A DNA stretch of 64,000 nucleotides. It comes from an uncultured virus (IMG/VR IMGVR_UViG_3300008625_000009) (Duplodnaviria; Heunggongvirae; Uroviricota; Caudoviricetes). Under the pieces are notes generated by a model. It was not told the DNA's origin. It did not search any database and worked only from the letters and a program-made list of their open reading frames with translations. The position numbers were made by a program, and so were the translations under genes. This document shows, in pieces, positions 14,401 through 22,640 of this stretch. Every line of letters starts with the position of its first letter. The stretch's first letter is position 1. The stretch lies in IMG/VR virus record IMGVR_UViG_3300008625_000009. One strand, written 5' to 3'.

Positions 14401-17233
14401 TAATATCGTCTAATGTGAATGGCAGTTTTCTTATATGACCTGGTATGATTTCAAATTTACTAAGTAAATCTTTATTATATGTAGCCTTAATATTATTATA
14501 AATTTTCTTTTCTAATTCTAATAAAACGTCATCTTTGTAGTCCCCATACGCTGGAATAATAGAGCCATCGTGTCCTTGAATTGCCGATATCGATGTTACA
14601 TAGGAATTATCTGTGTATTTTTTAGGAGTATATTTTGGATATAATCCTAACTTAGTTGGCGTTGGTGGTATGAAATTGCCAAGTGTCGTATTATATTCTA
14701 CTAATTTAATCTTATCATTCGCTACCAAAGTAACAGAATCTGTCAATGTTACAAATGGTGTTGTTGTAGAAAAAGTGTAATCTTGATCTTTAATTAATAG
14801 TACATCATTGTGATAAATTAAAACAGCTGTTTGGCCTGGTGTAGTGTCGTTATATGTTCTTTTAAGTTCAAACTTTTTATTATCAATATCAAAAACAACA
14901 TAAGTTGTTTCTGTATTATCTGTTGAAAATGGTACCATATCACTATCGTAATAAGGCATTGTACTATTTTTACCAGCAAACATTGTAATTAAGATTAAAT
15001 CAACAAATGTTGCTGGATTGTCATTATATTGCAATTTGTCAGCTGTTTGAAGGAATAAATTCTTAAATTTATTATATTCTATTTCTGCGTGATCTATAGA
15101 AGCAAAGAAGTCATATTCGTTATTTGTTAAGATATAACCCGCCTTGGCCAAACTAGCAGAGTTTTGAATAATTTTTACTCCTAACGTATTAATATCACCG
15201 ATGTCACGCAAATTATTATAACCAAAAAACACTCCGTCAAAATCCAAACTATTTTCAACACATGTTCCTACATGGTCTCTAATCTGGCCAAGCGTAAATG
15301 TAGTTGTTGTATCTAAATTATTAAGTGGGTTATTGTTTAGGTTAATCGGAATAGTATATGTTTCTCCGTCTACTAAAGTTTCAATTAAATCATCTGTATA
15401 AGATTTTATTACGACAATGTCTTCTTTAACTAGATCTCTAGTAAAGTTTATAAACTGTACGCCATCATTTACTACAATATAAAAATCTTTTGTAGTTTCA
15501 GAGTTATCACCTTTTACTTGTAATTTTCCATTAACCGTTACTATTAAATTTTTTGCAATTGTTTCTGCTTTTGGTGTTGTTGTAACTTTAAACTGCTTCA
15601 ATTCAGTTCCGACAGAAATTGTTTGTTGGACAAATTGTCTACTTTCAAAAGGCGCCTTTGTCCAATTGTTAAGCACGTTATATTGTGTAATACTGGTTGA
15701 CTTATGCAAGAATCCCTTTGCCAATCTTATATTAGCAGAAATATTATTCAAAACATCTGATGTATACACAAAACTATCTTTAATAATGTTATCGTGGAAA
15801 ACAATATCTCCGATGTTATTAAAATTTCTATATGTTAACCCAAACCCTAACTCTGTATCCGCAACACCTGCCGAATTTATAGCGTAACTAAAAACAGTTG
15901 TTCCAGCAAATTTACTATTAGTATATGTAGAAAAACTATTACCAGCATTATCAAACATATCAAACAATGGGGCTTGGTTTAATTTTGACTTTATTTGTCC
16001 TTTTATCCATGCGTTGTTTTTATAATACCATTGGCTCCCGGCATTATTGCCCAATTTAGCAATTAACGTATTCCCTTCAACAGGGTCAGCCACTGTGGTA
16101 ATTTTCTCTAAATGAATAGTTTCAACGCCGCCGATAGTTACGATTTGTATTTCATATATAAAACCATTAACAAATGAATCTTCATCTTTTGTGAAAACAA
16201 TTTTTTGGCCTGCTTCAACAGCAACGCCATCAATAAAGGTGCCTGCTTTAGCCGAACCTTCTAAATTAGAAAACGCATCTGTAAAAAGAGTGTCAACAAG
16301 ATCAACATTTGTTAACTTAGATACACCAAAATTATATAATTTTAGATCTTTATCAAATTCTATAATAGGGCGTTTTGCTCTTAAGGCTGAATTATACACT
16401 GGAACCGTTTTGTTATATTCCGCTGTTTTGGCAATGATATCTTCATGGAACCAGCGATTATTGTTACTCCACTGGTTTCCGTCAATTGATCCAGGTTTAA
16501 TTGTGATATAATCCTTGCCTAAAGAATAGACATTACTTTCTGGTGTAATTAAACTATTCCATTCAATGAGTTCAATACTTTTACCTACATTTGCAACTAT
16601 ATATTCTTTATTATAATAAGTTGTGGGCTGGGTGTCTGCATGAGTAAATTTAACTTTCAACCCGTTAGTAAATTTTATATTTCCAGTGGTAGTAGTAAAG
16701 TTCTTTTTACCTAACACTTCTGAATCAATATTTAATTTATCTGTAATTTCAACAACATCAGGGCCGTCCTGTAACCAAAAATATCTTGCGTAACTAGTAA
16801 TTTTATCTAAGTCAATTGGAGGGGTCCAGACATAATATTCACTAGAAAATATTTTATCATGATCAAAACTATTGCCGCCTCTTGATTTTACTGCATTGAT
16901 TAAATCAATATATGTTGCGGCGTAGTCATATGCAGATTGTCCAAGAACGTGACTAGTTCCGGAGTGCAATCGGTCCGTAAATCGAAGATTAGCTGCATCC
17001 TTTTTAATGGTAAATGCAGGTTCTAACTGATAATTTGTTCTATCAGCAGTTGATTCTAATAAGTAACTGTCAGTAGTTTTAAAATTATCAACATCACGTC
17101 TACCAACGAATCCATTAACGATATCCAATGTTCCCGGAGACAGTAATTGATCCAAGGTTGAATTTAAAAATTTCTTATTAACTTCAGTTTGAAACTGATT
17201 TGGTAATAGATTAACAGTTTTTCTTATTGCCAT
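2423..17233 (-). CDS. Giant (4936 aa) baseplate wedge / adhesin protein, gp7-like position, with YHYH domain, FG-GAP-like repeats and GSGY repeats
   Basis: Follows gp6 directly; GHPQEDGEYHYH and GYAYDGYPIYGP (YHYH domain); FG.xV.IS..VGAP repeats; GSGYxxxPxV repeats; GDGxTTxF modules. Confidence 0.7.
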   Translation of the reverse strand: MAIRKTVNLLPNQFQTEVNKKFLNSTLDQLLSPGTLDIVNGFVGRRDVDNFKTTDSYLLESTADRTNYQLEPAFTIKKDAANLRFTDRLHSGTSHVLGQSAYDYAATYIDLINAVKSRGGNSFDHDKIFSSEYYVWTPPIDLDKITSYARYFWLQDGPDVVEITDKLNIDSEVLGKKNFTTTTGNIKFTNGLKVKFTHADTQPTTYYNKEYIVANVGKSIELIEWNSLITPESNVYSLGKDYITIKPGSIDGNQWSNNNRWFHEDIIAKTAEYNKTVPVYNSALRAKRPIIEFDKDLKLYNFGVSKLTNVDLVDTLFTDAFSNLEGSAKAGTFIDGVAVEAGQKIVFTKDEDSFVNGFIYEIQIVTIGGVETIHLEKITTVADPVEGNTLIAKLGNNAGSQWYYKNNAWIKGQIKSKLNQAPLFDMFDNAGNSFSTYTNSKFAGTTVFSYAINSAGVADTELGFGLTYRNFNNIGDIVFHDNIIKDSFVYTSDVLNNISANIRLAKGFLHKSTSITQYNVLNNWTKAPFESRQFVQQTISVGTELKQFKVTTTPKAETIAKNLIVTVNGKLQVKGDNSETTKDFYIVVNDGVQFINFTRDLVKEDIVVIKSYTDDLIETLVDGETYTIPINLNNNPLNNLDTTTTFTLGQIRDHVGTCVENSLDFDGVFFGYNNLRDIGDINTLGVKIIQNSASLAKAGYILTNNEYDFFASIDHAEIEYNKFKNLFLQTADKLQYNDNPATFVDLILITMFAGKNSTMPYYDSDMVPFSTDNTETTYVVFDIDNKKFELKRTYNDTTPGQTAVLIYHNDVLLIKDQDYTFSTTTPFVTLTDSVTLVANDKIKLVEYNTTLGNFIPPTPTKLGLYPKYTPKKYTDNSYVTSISAIQGHDGSIIPAYGDYKDDVLLELEKKIYNNIKATYNKDLLSKFEIIPGHIRKLPFTLDDINIITSAFLSQWAYRNNVNYTDNTHYDSSNPYTWNYSLVKNKLNSSEFLPGSWRGIYKYFYDTDRPHSHPWEMLGFFEKPSWWEKEYGPAPYTKDNLILWQDLEDGKIVSGPDAGTYDKYKRTGMVANYIPVDSSGALLNPREIGLTGVIDTDTTSDWKAGDDGPAETAWKRSSSYPFAVQKLFALTKPAKYFELMYDVSNVTKNLVGHYVDKDTGLFLVPNSVKTNGFVNTDKSIDYTLGYGNWLVDHAKYLSSDTVKLNTNLNTLSLNLAYKIAGFTDKEKLKIILEQISPTRSSNDIFVPQEDYSLYLLEGKPLAKINYSGLLIERTHTGYIIDGYSVDTPYFNILKSITTSGNTRQVSVGGIQLDSIPYELGKEYAIGQVVEVGQNTFYIVNAEFTATNNFDDDRQYLTSTPTVPTQGGITVLHHDDFQSTTTKVPYKTEYNTIQDVYDFIISYGRYLESVGLVFDNVSDDFGQIEDWDNSAREFLFWTQANFGPGSLITMSAGSNTFKFNLNQTQVSNLVSNILPSSVINQNKQRIAIQDLFYYREDNMFQLSSSEEVDGIFACTLNPIQTEHLLILENETVFKDVIWNLTTGSRQNRIKLVGYKTRLWDGTQQLPGYILLDDSVEVWNVNYSYQIGDIIKFKNKFYATNVSHSPTDLTELGKFDFSKWKLLDKVETGLLPNLDTKADQFRSFYEVEEDARMSSLDKLSTNLIGYQSRRYLENLQIDDTAQKKFYQGFLKEKGTSSVVNKLLRAKVPALDTTIDLYEEWAFRIGEYGSVDSTQTIDLYLEENKFKESPDLIELINSDEQYKDIHITVRPEDLHQRPQEPLYYSKNIFKHKTDNISNRLTLPTAGHVRTDDSEHSVLTLSDWVSSNIITITESIDIQTELLGRKSYTTNDSVQLYNGSVVFFSSSQITPSSYKGKNFVVSGVGESIQLTEKTEFLNSLKIGDKIWVANADSYPPQFEEDSKDWAMYRITNANNSPIAVAKDNNNELTVTFTYPIGKILEGDYIILRKFYNTADQSIDFSGVYKVKENLLSSRTYTLKLHANTSVGPLNGLGDSLAPTPTRGEILLLTNSRYASSSDLYSDAGPRYGWLDGDLAWIDDYNDTGKWAVLEKKNPFTLREQLYPTGKPANTGFGQAISTNKDTSTLLVGSVHDGTSAGNIEQWTRTIKTVFDVTSIFVSGDGSLTSGHLSESGFLLTINTDGLPKPAPFGVFPSDANPNRINSKTFEHTFNIRVGTNTTTSSPKEIGLGGIGIAANGVTFVSPIIDGNLTNDTGPAKGVAPGNWKWNAIVNRTNLGLDASDGHPQEDGEYHYHSGKFLSQWNSGVYTENNYYNNTNYSGDHWRHADGHSKIIGYAYDGYPIYGPFGYQTPGNSTTTPVRMTSSYRTHSSPLSERGYNYTVYPVGSFIEDHYYLDGVGTLDKHNGRYCVTPDYPDGTYAYFLTIKVDGTPVYPYIVGPTFKEQPVLETDTVPSDPGGSNTQTINIAPTNFTFDSNIVDGTKLYNSGLLGWQFDNTKEHDYLVTSAPGSNSKEGYAIILKQKDDKTYEAFDVLRSPSPTTSGFFGYDVSISNNGYLVVGAPGELKSYVYKLVTGITSSSEFFNGTGATPTFATTISYGDDKEITVYVDGHIKIQGLDYTLAPGSITFISGFPPIGSNNVEMRKGNYYNLIQTLSGVSGTDFGRSVAITDDGAYVFVGQPNIEKSGNLQVGSTKVYGKSPNDSFNEVQELTSGVTSELEFFGKQVEAGAFGHIVAVGATGADYAYINETAKLAVNTGEVDYFIDYARVSGTLTGTVANPTVSIGDQIVINGTQVTFTGTALADVVQDINDAGMYFVTAESTSDNKLKITSTSTTTNNKLAVTVGNTNGVAVFTALGITPYEFKASLVHPDGFQNAFYGERIKFNEDASNILISSPVSNSIVDLNMDNSLTTFDQGNTLISDEQLESGSALIYDINSDMSYSLLQRLDWKERRQYDKYGTGIGLTNNTAFIGAPGDDYFEIEEKTGDGVTTAFAITGQYSTDKIEIFINNKKILTGFTSDNASPNSTITFDTAPVAYTIKIYKYTSNTGSVIEAINTGDKDAWTIKRQETNKIDIDNINQVFTYDHKNNKFIEYVEVLDPVKGKIPGIADQEISFKTFYDPAVYNTASNLLVTTNSKHHWGPNEVGTLWWDLTNTKYVDYEQGDLEYRKNNWGKLFPGTQINIYEWVESDTLPSNYVSLLGDGNPKFVDDSAYVEYVRKDEATGLLEPVYYYWVANKTTVPPIPRTYLNAAGQIRFTSRGKEIELNSFIPAATRKLPADTVANIIKDPAGYGLKYIGLVDQNAIVGYNLNKNLVNDNIVLSINYDTKKNNIPLHTEWQLVQKNNKLSKPNQYLVTKLADSLVGLDSKNRSVPDPTLQPGSKYGILNYPRQTMFVNKNDAIKVLVNYSNSVFVENRMAIEYSLSKLQTAEALPIDGFDEVVETYAELTYINTATISNGYTVVVKKDETRGNYWTQYSWSTATQLWAFDKKQKYDTSKYWDYSDWYKTGYSVNTVINYTVATRNDLDKLTTSTGDIVKVLDNGQGRWELYEKTNPYELIGEENASISLKTELYTLPGPLEEIRYIIDALKDDLFINSLEEHFNKIWFQLVQYALVDQNLQVDWAFKTSFVGVNQTVRELSEIVNYSYDVQDSIESYIEEAKPYRTNLREYIYRYPYLEISHNAVTDFDLPGYWDETQQIFRSPNVYEADDDQRMQTGPWVNWFNHYTKHVESITVTEGGSGYGNSDIDEYAESAYDTTKYDGAAVSTTPPVVFIESGAQWELGYSYTSDTDPGEAGAQAVLVVPEHSPDTLWYYSSDIKDMGWKVRIKPALNTPESKTFAVTVVVDGEGNPDFYIDGVERPNLILYRGSTYTFTQTDASNATRGVFRFSALEDGTHRDGSGATAVPVMTTPGLDSVASITVTNGGTGYVTTPKVIIEGGAGTGAIAYANLENFKVRDILETIKFDRVDGPRHVETVAVTDGGSGYTSIPNISLAGVVDTITITEKGLGYTVAPKVLISAPDELNGTQATASLTLDVDGSIASVTITEQGSGYINKPFVQFIKNSPADPNPTKKAHASAINTGLGGNGAQAIASISGGAVTSITVTEQGKGYQTAPTVVISGGGGSSATATATVTYSSYNRLEPDHELTSKKHSDRLTLYYAGGQTGTNSNKNWKNELIDLPNYESIISESGLEYKANKVLGAEFSLEPGYDRAAYAKNAFDDYAVTEEGIRVIASVDTDLSGGDFSTSGGIDPANVVVDGDGFVTVYTSHAPEEQIPGRMFDTLDMKVYEMPSPRNSGVTVKKYTYYGNGSTTSYDFSSVGGLPTTDYGAEVYIDNVLKIRGTDFTLNYEINTVNLNTPANPGQLVHVVLVETGGENISAFKQDFTGDGSTTQFIVNIPYQYAQNLYVTVNGGDATYTASSYYKKTKVTFSSAPGANSRIRVHTFNMSGLTLVNPGSGYSKASPPTVTITGVGSNAAADAIVNDNGEVEGFIITNLGTGYTTAPTVTIAPPASGVTATATAQVYDDKIAVPSPYIRIDSEEFTLSLPGSPSWPSDYTITYPSLFEEQGPDMAKAFVYLNGTRLIPPDTEYYTGDGTTTVYASPTNPTVNYASATDADIQVHVAGELKTLTSDYTFTGTPSRAEVTFVTAPADGAEVAITVRNGKYWIANNQQVILENGSGLSTDAGAVNGDKVFVQSFANQTYSQGKTITIEGSSIATSTSLERFDAIIYDTSGYAGDVSVSIATPVYDIRLLQEEYNTNYAWVWLNGVYQIANHDYYITDDGYLVMTPRTGVILATDKITVSTMRGAEAEQEQSIGFRIWKDMFDQIAYYRIATDNITTLADTLEYTDLEIHVTDASKLLTPNPSDGIPGVIFIGGERIEYWEIDSNKLKRIRRGTWGTGVVTTHASGTEVVDSSKQQIVPGGSDSHTKVWYDQGTSTATNGLGLGMATTQQVKFLKEGPLTIPKAY

Positions 17234-17241
17234 GGTATTTC

Positions 17242-20200
17242 CTATGCACTTGTTACAATTGTGCCACTTGCTCTAATCTTAGATGCAGTGACAGCATCTA
17301 TAATCTCAATATTATCTACTTTTACATCACTTATAAAAATTTCATCACTAGCACATTCAACTTCAAATAAACTACCAAAATTTTGGTTTGTGCCAGTAGG
17401 TACAATTAAAATGGTCGCTACGTGCGGCGCTAATTCATGATGAACAAACGCTGATAATTCTGTAAAATAAAAAGTATCTCCAAAATCCCAATTTTCGTCT
17501 TCAAAATAATCAATGAATGCGTCTACAGTTCTTGTTTTTAATTCAGAATCAGTAATTGGAGAATTTGGATTTTTTACTATTTTAAATTGTGCTTGTAAAT
17601 TAGCATCTGCTTTACTACCAAATAATACCTTATATTTTACCGGATGAAAAATAATTTCATCACTCAACATTTTATATTCTAATAAACTACCAAATTGTGT
17701 TGCCAATTCTGTTGTAGTACTTGTTTCTGGTTTAGTAACAACACCTGTATTATCTTGAATATACCGCACAAACTGATCATTATATGATTGTGTTAAAATG
17801 TATAAATCAATAATATTACTCAGTCCTGGATTAATTCTTCTATCACTTGGTGAGTTGTGTTTATAATTAAAGTATAAGTCTTTTCTACCTACATATGTTA
17901 GATAATCTGTACTGTCTAAAAGAGTACTATCAGATGAATTATTAACTTTAAACTTCTTATCTAACGTCAAATATATAACTTCACCATCTTTAAAAATTGA
18001 TGTGTCGGATGGTAAATTTGTTTCTAAATCATAATCTAAATTAATTGTTTTTTTAGTTAATCTATATTGTTGGCCACCGTCTGCTTCTGTAAATTTTTCA
18101 AAAAATACTAGTTTGTTATTTGGATTAACACTAGGATCAACAATAGATGTAAACTGATCAGGATTATCAGGTATACCGTCGTCGTCACTATCTAAGAAAG
18201 TAACTAGAACTCTGCGTGTATTAGTATTGCCTGTAAATTCTGTATCCAGCCCATAAATTTGCCAGATGTAATCTTCTTCTAATGCGTCATTTGCATCAGG
18301 CTTACTGTTCATTTTAAATACATTAACATAATCTATTACTGTTTGTCCTGTACGAGAATCATAAATTTTAAGTGAGTCATCAAAATAAAATCTTGTTTCT
18401 AAATCACTTTCAAAACTATAGTTTAATCCTCTATAAGTTGCTGTATACATCACGCCAGTACTTTTAAAACGAATCATCCAACTTGCGTCCTTACGCAATC
18501 CCGACGTGTCACCGGCATATCCAAATCCAAAGTTATCAGAAACGTTTAAATTTTCTGCTAATACAATATACCATTCTCTGTCGTTAAGATCAAAACGTAA
18601 ACCAAATTCTTCGTGATTAAAGATTTTGTTTAACATTGCTGTTTCAATTGATGAAGACAAATCAGTGTCAAACTGTGGAATAATCTCTGCGACTTCTGCA
18701 CCATCACCAATTTTCTCTGTTAACGTTACCGGGCCACTGCCATTTGACAAATTACCTACGCCACCATTCATACCGTCGCCTACAACATTTTTAATCATTG
18801 CCCATATAGAGCTAAATGTTCCTGGCGCGTCAACTGAGCCTGTATGCAAACTACCATCTGCTTTAAAGTATTTTCCAGATGGTGCATTAAACTTAACTAG
18901 TGAGTTATTTGTTAACCATTTTCTTGCATCAGGTGCTGATGACCCCAATGGCACAGGTGATCCAATATTATTTTTAAAATAACCTGTACTTAAATTGGTG
19001 CCGGTTGTTGATTGCTCCCACGTCGTGGTTGCAACTGTTATTCTAGAATATTTTTTATAATAGTATTGTTTACTACCAACGTCACGTAAGATGGGTTCTA
19101 TTCTATCACGAATAATTCGCAATATGTCCATCTCGTTTACAAACTCAAAATCAAAGTTATTAGTAAATATTTCTTCAAATAATATTCCATCTTCACAAAA
19201 TACATTTGTAGATGAATATTTTGCAGACGGATCTACAACATCCAAATAACGTGATATACCGCTGGATGTTCTGTTAACCGCTTTTGCTTTTATGATTTCA
19301 TTTGTTGCCGTGACTGGGAATATATTATAATCTTCACCATTTACCATACGATTTTGTGTGTAATAGGCCTGCGGTGCATTTGTTCTAATATCTTCAATTG
19401 TTTCTCTTTCTGCCGCATTGTAAATCTGCTGTTGTAAATCAAATACCATGGTTAAGGTATGTGTTATATTATACTTGTTTAAATAAGTGACACTTAACGT
19501 AACACCTTGCATATCATCTGTATTAATATCATATGTTAATCCGTTACTTTGTCTAAAATAAGATCTAAAACCTCCCCGAGGCATATCTGAGAAGATACCA
19601 TCTCCAAATATATATGAAATTTGATCCGCTTCGCGTGACGTTACACTGTATAATGTTCTTATATCTTTGGCCAAACTATTATATATTACATTATTGCCGA
19701 CCACACTAGGAACTTGTGTCCATAATCTATACAAATCATTATTGGAATCTAATTCATATAGCCATACATCATTATTATTAACGTTACTGGTATTAATTAA
19801 AACTTGTCTATTAGGAATTGCTTGGTCAATATTGAAATCAGATGATCGTAGCGTACCTTGTTTGAAGTACGCAAAAAATCCCGTATTGTCACTGCCATTG
19901 CCCTTGCCATCACTCCTATATAGAAAACCAAAAGGCGCAACATTGCTAGGTGCTTTTTCATATATAAAATCTGCATTTTGAAAAGTGGCACTAACTATTT
20001 CAAAATCTATGTTTACTCCATCAATATTAGTTGTGAATGGAAACACAGGGATAGTTCCAGATGGTATATTAATTTCATATTCTTCTGTTAATATGCCGTT
20101 CAATGTTTTAGAACTGTTAGGGTTTCCTATTCTCTGAGAATTTACCATTGCGGCATTAAGTATTAAATTAATTTGTTCAGTATAATCTACATTGTTGGGG

Positions 20201-20637
20201 TCATTCCATTCAATTCTACTATTTGCTAGATTTTCACCATTGGAATCATAAACATCTTCTGTTGTAGAAATGCTTGATAATTTTAATAATCCACTAGCAT
20301 TTATACTACGCTTTGCGTTATAACTTACTAGTCTAGCAAGTCTTAAAATACTTTCTCTGCGACTTGCAGTTGCTAGGAAATTTTCTCTAGCATTTAAATC
20401 TACTCTGTAACTAATGTTTTGTGTTACATACGCAAGTAAGTCAATTAATGCTATAAATTCTGAACTTTCAATATAATCATTAAAATCTTCAGGATGATAT
20501 GTTTTGATATAATCAATCATTGACTTACGCAATGTTTGGAAATCATAACTTTCAAAATCAGCATTAATAAAAGATTGGTATAACACTTGCCAATCTTCTG
20601 CGCTATATATATTATTTTGTCGTGTTGTTAGTGCCAT
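17242..20637 (-). CDS. gp6: Baseplate wedge subunit
   Basis: DFQTLRKSMIDY..DFNDY.ESS..LIDLLAY..NARENFLATA.RRESI N-terminus; ETIEDIRTNAP..QNRMV..EDY motif; adjacent to gp25. Confidence 0.85.
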   Translation of the reverse strand: MALTTRQNNIYSAEDWQVLYQSFINADFESYDFQTLRKSMIDYIKTYHPEDFNDYIESSEFIALIDLLAYVTQNISYRVDLNARENFLATASRRESILRLARLVSYNAKRSINASGLLKLSSISTTEDVYDSNGENLANSRIEWNDPNNVDYTEQINLILNAAMVNSQRIGNPNSSKTLNGILTEEYEINIPSGTIPVFPFTTNIDGVNIDFEIVSATFQNADFIYEKAPSNVAPFGFLYRSDGKGNGSDNTGFFAYFKQGTLRSSDFNIDQAIPNRQVLINTSNVNNNDVWLYELDSNNDLYRLWTQVPSVVGNNVIYNSLAKDIRTLYSVTSREADQISYIFGDGIFSDMPRGGFRSYFRQSNGLTYDINTDDMQGVTLSVTYLNKYNITHTLTMVFDLQQQIYNAAERETIEDIRTNAPQAYYTQNRMVNGEDYNIFPVTATNEIIKAKAVNRTSSGISRYLDVVDPSAKYSSTNVFCEDGILFEEIFTNNFDFEFVNEMDILRIIRDRIEPILRDVGSKQYYYKKYSRITVATTTWEQSTTGTNLSTGYFKNNIGSPVPLGSSAPDARKWLTNNSLVKFNAPSGKYFKADGSLHTGSVDAPGTFSSIWAMIKNVVGDGMNGGVGNLSNGSGPVTLTEKIGDGAEVAEIIPQFDTDLSSSIETAMLNKIFNHEEFGLRFDLNDREWYIVLAENLNVSDNFGFGYAGDTSGLRKDASWMIRFKSTGVMYTATYRGLNYSFESDLETRFYFDDSLKIYDSRTGQTVIDYVNVFKMNSKPDANDALEEDYIWQIYGLDTEFTGNTNTRRVLVTFLDSDDDGIPDNPDQFTSIVDPSVNPNNKLVFFEKFTEADGGQQYRLTKKTINLDYDLETNLPSDTSIFKDGEVIYLTLDKKFKVNNSSDSTLLDSTDYLTYVGRKDLYFNYKHNSPSDRRINPGLSNIIDLYILTQSYNDQFVRYIQDNTGVVTKPETSTTTELATQFGSLLEYKMLSDEIIFHPVKYKVLFGSKADANLQAQFKIVKNPNSPITDSELKTRTVDAFIDYFEDENWDFGDTFYFTELSAFVHHELAPHVATILIVPTGTNQNFGSLFEVECASDEIFISDVKVDNIEIIDAVTASKIRASGTIVTSA

Positions 20638-21026
20638 TATACTGTACTCAATGTAGCTCGGGTTGTTTCTGTATCAAACTCTATTAACAAATGTTCTATT
20701 ATTTGGTCCGGAATAAATGTCAAATTTAATTCTATTATTAAACCCTGTTCAACTTGTCTGACTACAATATCATTTCCTTCTATTCTTGGATCATATGCCA
20801 GAATCGTTTGTATATCCTGTCTAATTGTTTCAATTGTAGTCTCATTCAAAGGCTCATAAATCATATCCCAAACTATAGAGCCGAAATCAGGTAACTGTAA
20901 TTTCTCTCCCTTTCTTATATTAAAATGGTTTGTAAGATCCTGTTTAGCAATATCAAACCCGGTTAATGTGAAAGAATTAGAGAACTTTTTACCTTGTGTA
21001 TTGAAGCCTTTGTATGTAATCGCCAT
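20637..21026 (-). CDS. gp25: Baseplate wedge subunit, GPW/gp25 family
   Basis: 129 aa; NHFNIRKGEK..PDFGS..MIYEP..YDPRI motif. Confidence 0.85.
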   Translation of the reverse strand: MAITYKGFNTQGKKFSNSFTLTGFDIAKQDLTNHFNIRKGEKLQLPDFGSIVWDMIYEPLNETTIETIRQDIQTILAYDPRIEGNDIVVRQVEQGLIIELNLTFIPDQIIEHLLIEFDTETTRATLSTV

Positions 21027-21047
21027 GCTAATATTTAGTGTTTTTAA

Positions 21048-21063
21048 TAATATGCTACTATTA
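21048..21063. promoter_or_regulatory. 16-bp motif 10 bp upstream of minus-strand TAAATA (21032..21037)
   Basis: TAATATGCTACTATTA; same 10-bp spacing as the copies at 26729 and 34497. Confidence 0.65.
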
Positions 21064-21074
21064 ACCTAGGTAGA

Positions 21075-22625
21075 TTAATTACTACTATCAGCAATATGTG
21101 AGGTGGTTCCTGCTTTAGGTTCCTTTTTCTTTGATTGGTTAATTCTTGGATCTGGCTCGTGCATCGGAACACGTTGCATTGCGGTATAATAAGAGTAACT
21201 ACCATCAACAGCATAGCGTTTACCGCCGTGTGTGTTGGATTCTCCCTTGTTTACCCAGTTATTTTCATATACAGGTACCTTGGTTGGTTCTTCAGCAACG
21301 TTGCCTGCTTCTGTGTTGAGTTTTATAGGGTACTTAGCACCGCCGCCACTTTTAACATAGATACATGCTGTACTTGTAACACTGATTGCTTCTTTGCATG
21401 TAATGTTAAACCAACCTGTCGACGACATGTTAAATGTGCCGGCCGCATATGTTTTCATGTTACCATTGACATATATATGTGCGTGGCCCTTGCCTTCAAC
21501 CCCGGCCGGATTTGTTTCAATTTTAAAATTATGGCCTGCTAAAATATTAACATCTTCACCTGCTTGTATATTAACATCAACATCTGCTAACATATTAACA
21601 TTTCCTTCTGCGTGAACGCTAATATCTCTAGCACTAAACACATCTACTGAGCCATCATTTCTTAATTCTGCCCAAGCACTGCCACTTGCAGTTCCTAAGT
21701 AAATTGTTCCACCGTCATCACTTAGTAAAACTTGGTGTCCTGTTCCTGTGCGTAGTCTAATAAGTTGGCTAAGGCCTTGTTGATCACCGTCGTCCATAAC
21801 AAATGTATGTCCAGACTTTCTATTATAAGGCCAATCATATCCTGTACTATTTTCAGTAATTAAACCTTGTTTAATGGATCCATAATCATAGTCCAATGGT
21901 CCAGGTGTTGAAATACCAAATACGTTAGAAGGACTTTCACGCTGGGCACTTGACGTACTAATGCCTCTGACATAATCTGCCTCCAATCCTTGTGCAAGCA
22001 ATGTATCAAAAAGAGGATGCACCGGCTTTTCAACATTCTTCCAAGCAGTGGATTTATCAAAACTTTTTACTTGTAACTTATTATACTCTGCAACAGGTAC
22101 TTCAAAATTTGGTGATGTGATGCCTGCGTTCGTTGTAGACTTAGACTTTGCAAATGCCGGGGAGGCTGCTATACCTGGCACCATATGTAACATCAATGCA
22201 TCAGGTATATAAGAAATAATATATCCATTTTCAAGTATTCCTTCTGCAAAGACCACCATAACTTGTGTATCAATATCAGGAGTAGGCAACCACATACCAT
22301 AAGATTTAGTGGTTGTTTCATATTGGCCTGCAGATCCTACATCTAAATTATTTGTTCTTCCGTAAAACGGCAAGGCTAATGAACATAATATTACATTACT
22401 TTCTTGTTCTGTTTTATCGTATTTAGAGTGGGGATTTGACGTCCGTTGTTCGGCCAATGCTGGAATATAAACACCAATACGATTCATACCACTGTCGTCG
22501 CCATAGCCTTTTACTATTCCTATATAAGGACCTGGATCTACTTTTGCAGAATAATCACGAGAACTCGTTGGAAGGCCGGGTGTTGGCTTTTTTGGTTTAT
22601 TATTATAATCTGATTGACCAGGCAT
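21075..22625 (-). CDS. gp5: Baseplate hub/spike protein, gp5-like (OB-fold N-terminus, beta-helix C-terminus, no evident lysozyme domain)
   Basis: GPYIGIV..D..MNRIGVYIP; SYGMW..PD..TQVMVVF; RKSGHTFVMDD; RLRTGTGHQ; beta-helix repeats. Confidence 0.7.
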   Translation of the reverse strand: MPGQSDYNNKPKKPTPGLPTSSRDYSAKVDPGPYIGIVKGYGDDSGMNRIGVYIPALAEQRTSNPHSKYDKTEQESNVILCSLALPFYGRTNNLDVGSAGQYETTTKSYGMWLPTPDIDTQVMVVFAEGILENGYIISYIPDALMLHMVPGIAASPAFAKSKSTTNAGITSPNFEVPVAEYNKLQVKSFDKSTAWKNVEKPVHPLFDTLLAQGLEADYVRGISTSSAQRESPSNVFGISTPGPLDYDYGSIKQGLITENSTGYDWPYNRKSGHTFVMDDGDQQGLSQLIRLRTGTGHQVLLSDDGGTIYLGTASGSAWAELRNDGSVDVFSARDISVHAEGNVNMLADVDVNIQAGEDVNILAGHNFKIETNPAGVEGKGHAHIYVNGNMKTYAAGTFNMSSTGWFNITCKEAISVTSTACIYVKSGGGAKYPIKLNTEAGNVAEEPTKVPVYENNWVNKGESNTHGGKRYAVDGSYSYYTAMQRVPMHEPDPRINQSKKKEPKAGTTSHIADSSN

Positions 22626-22640
22626 TGTGTTTTCCTGTTA

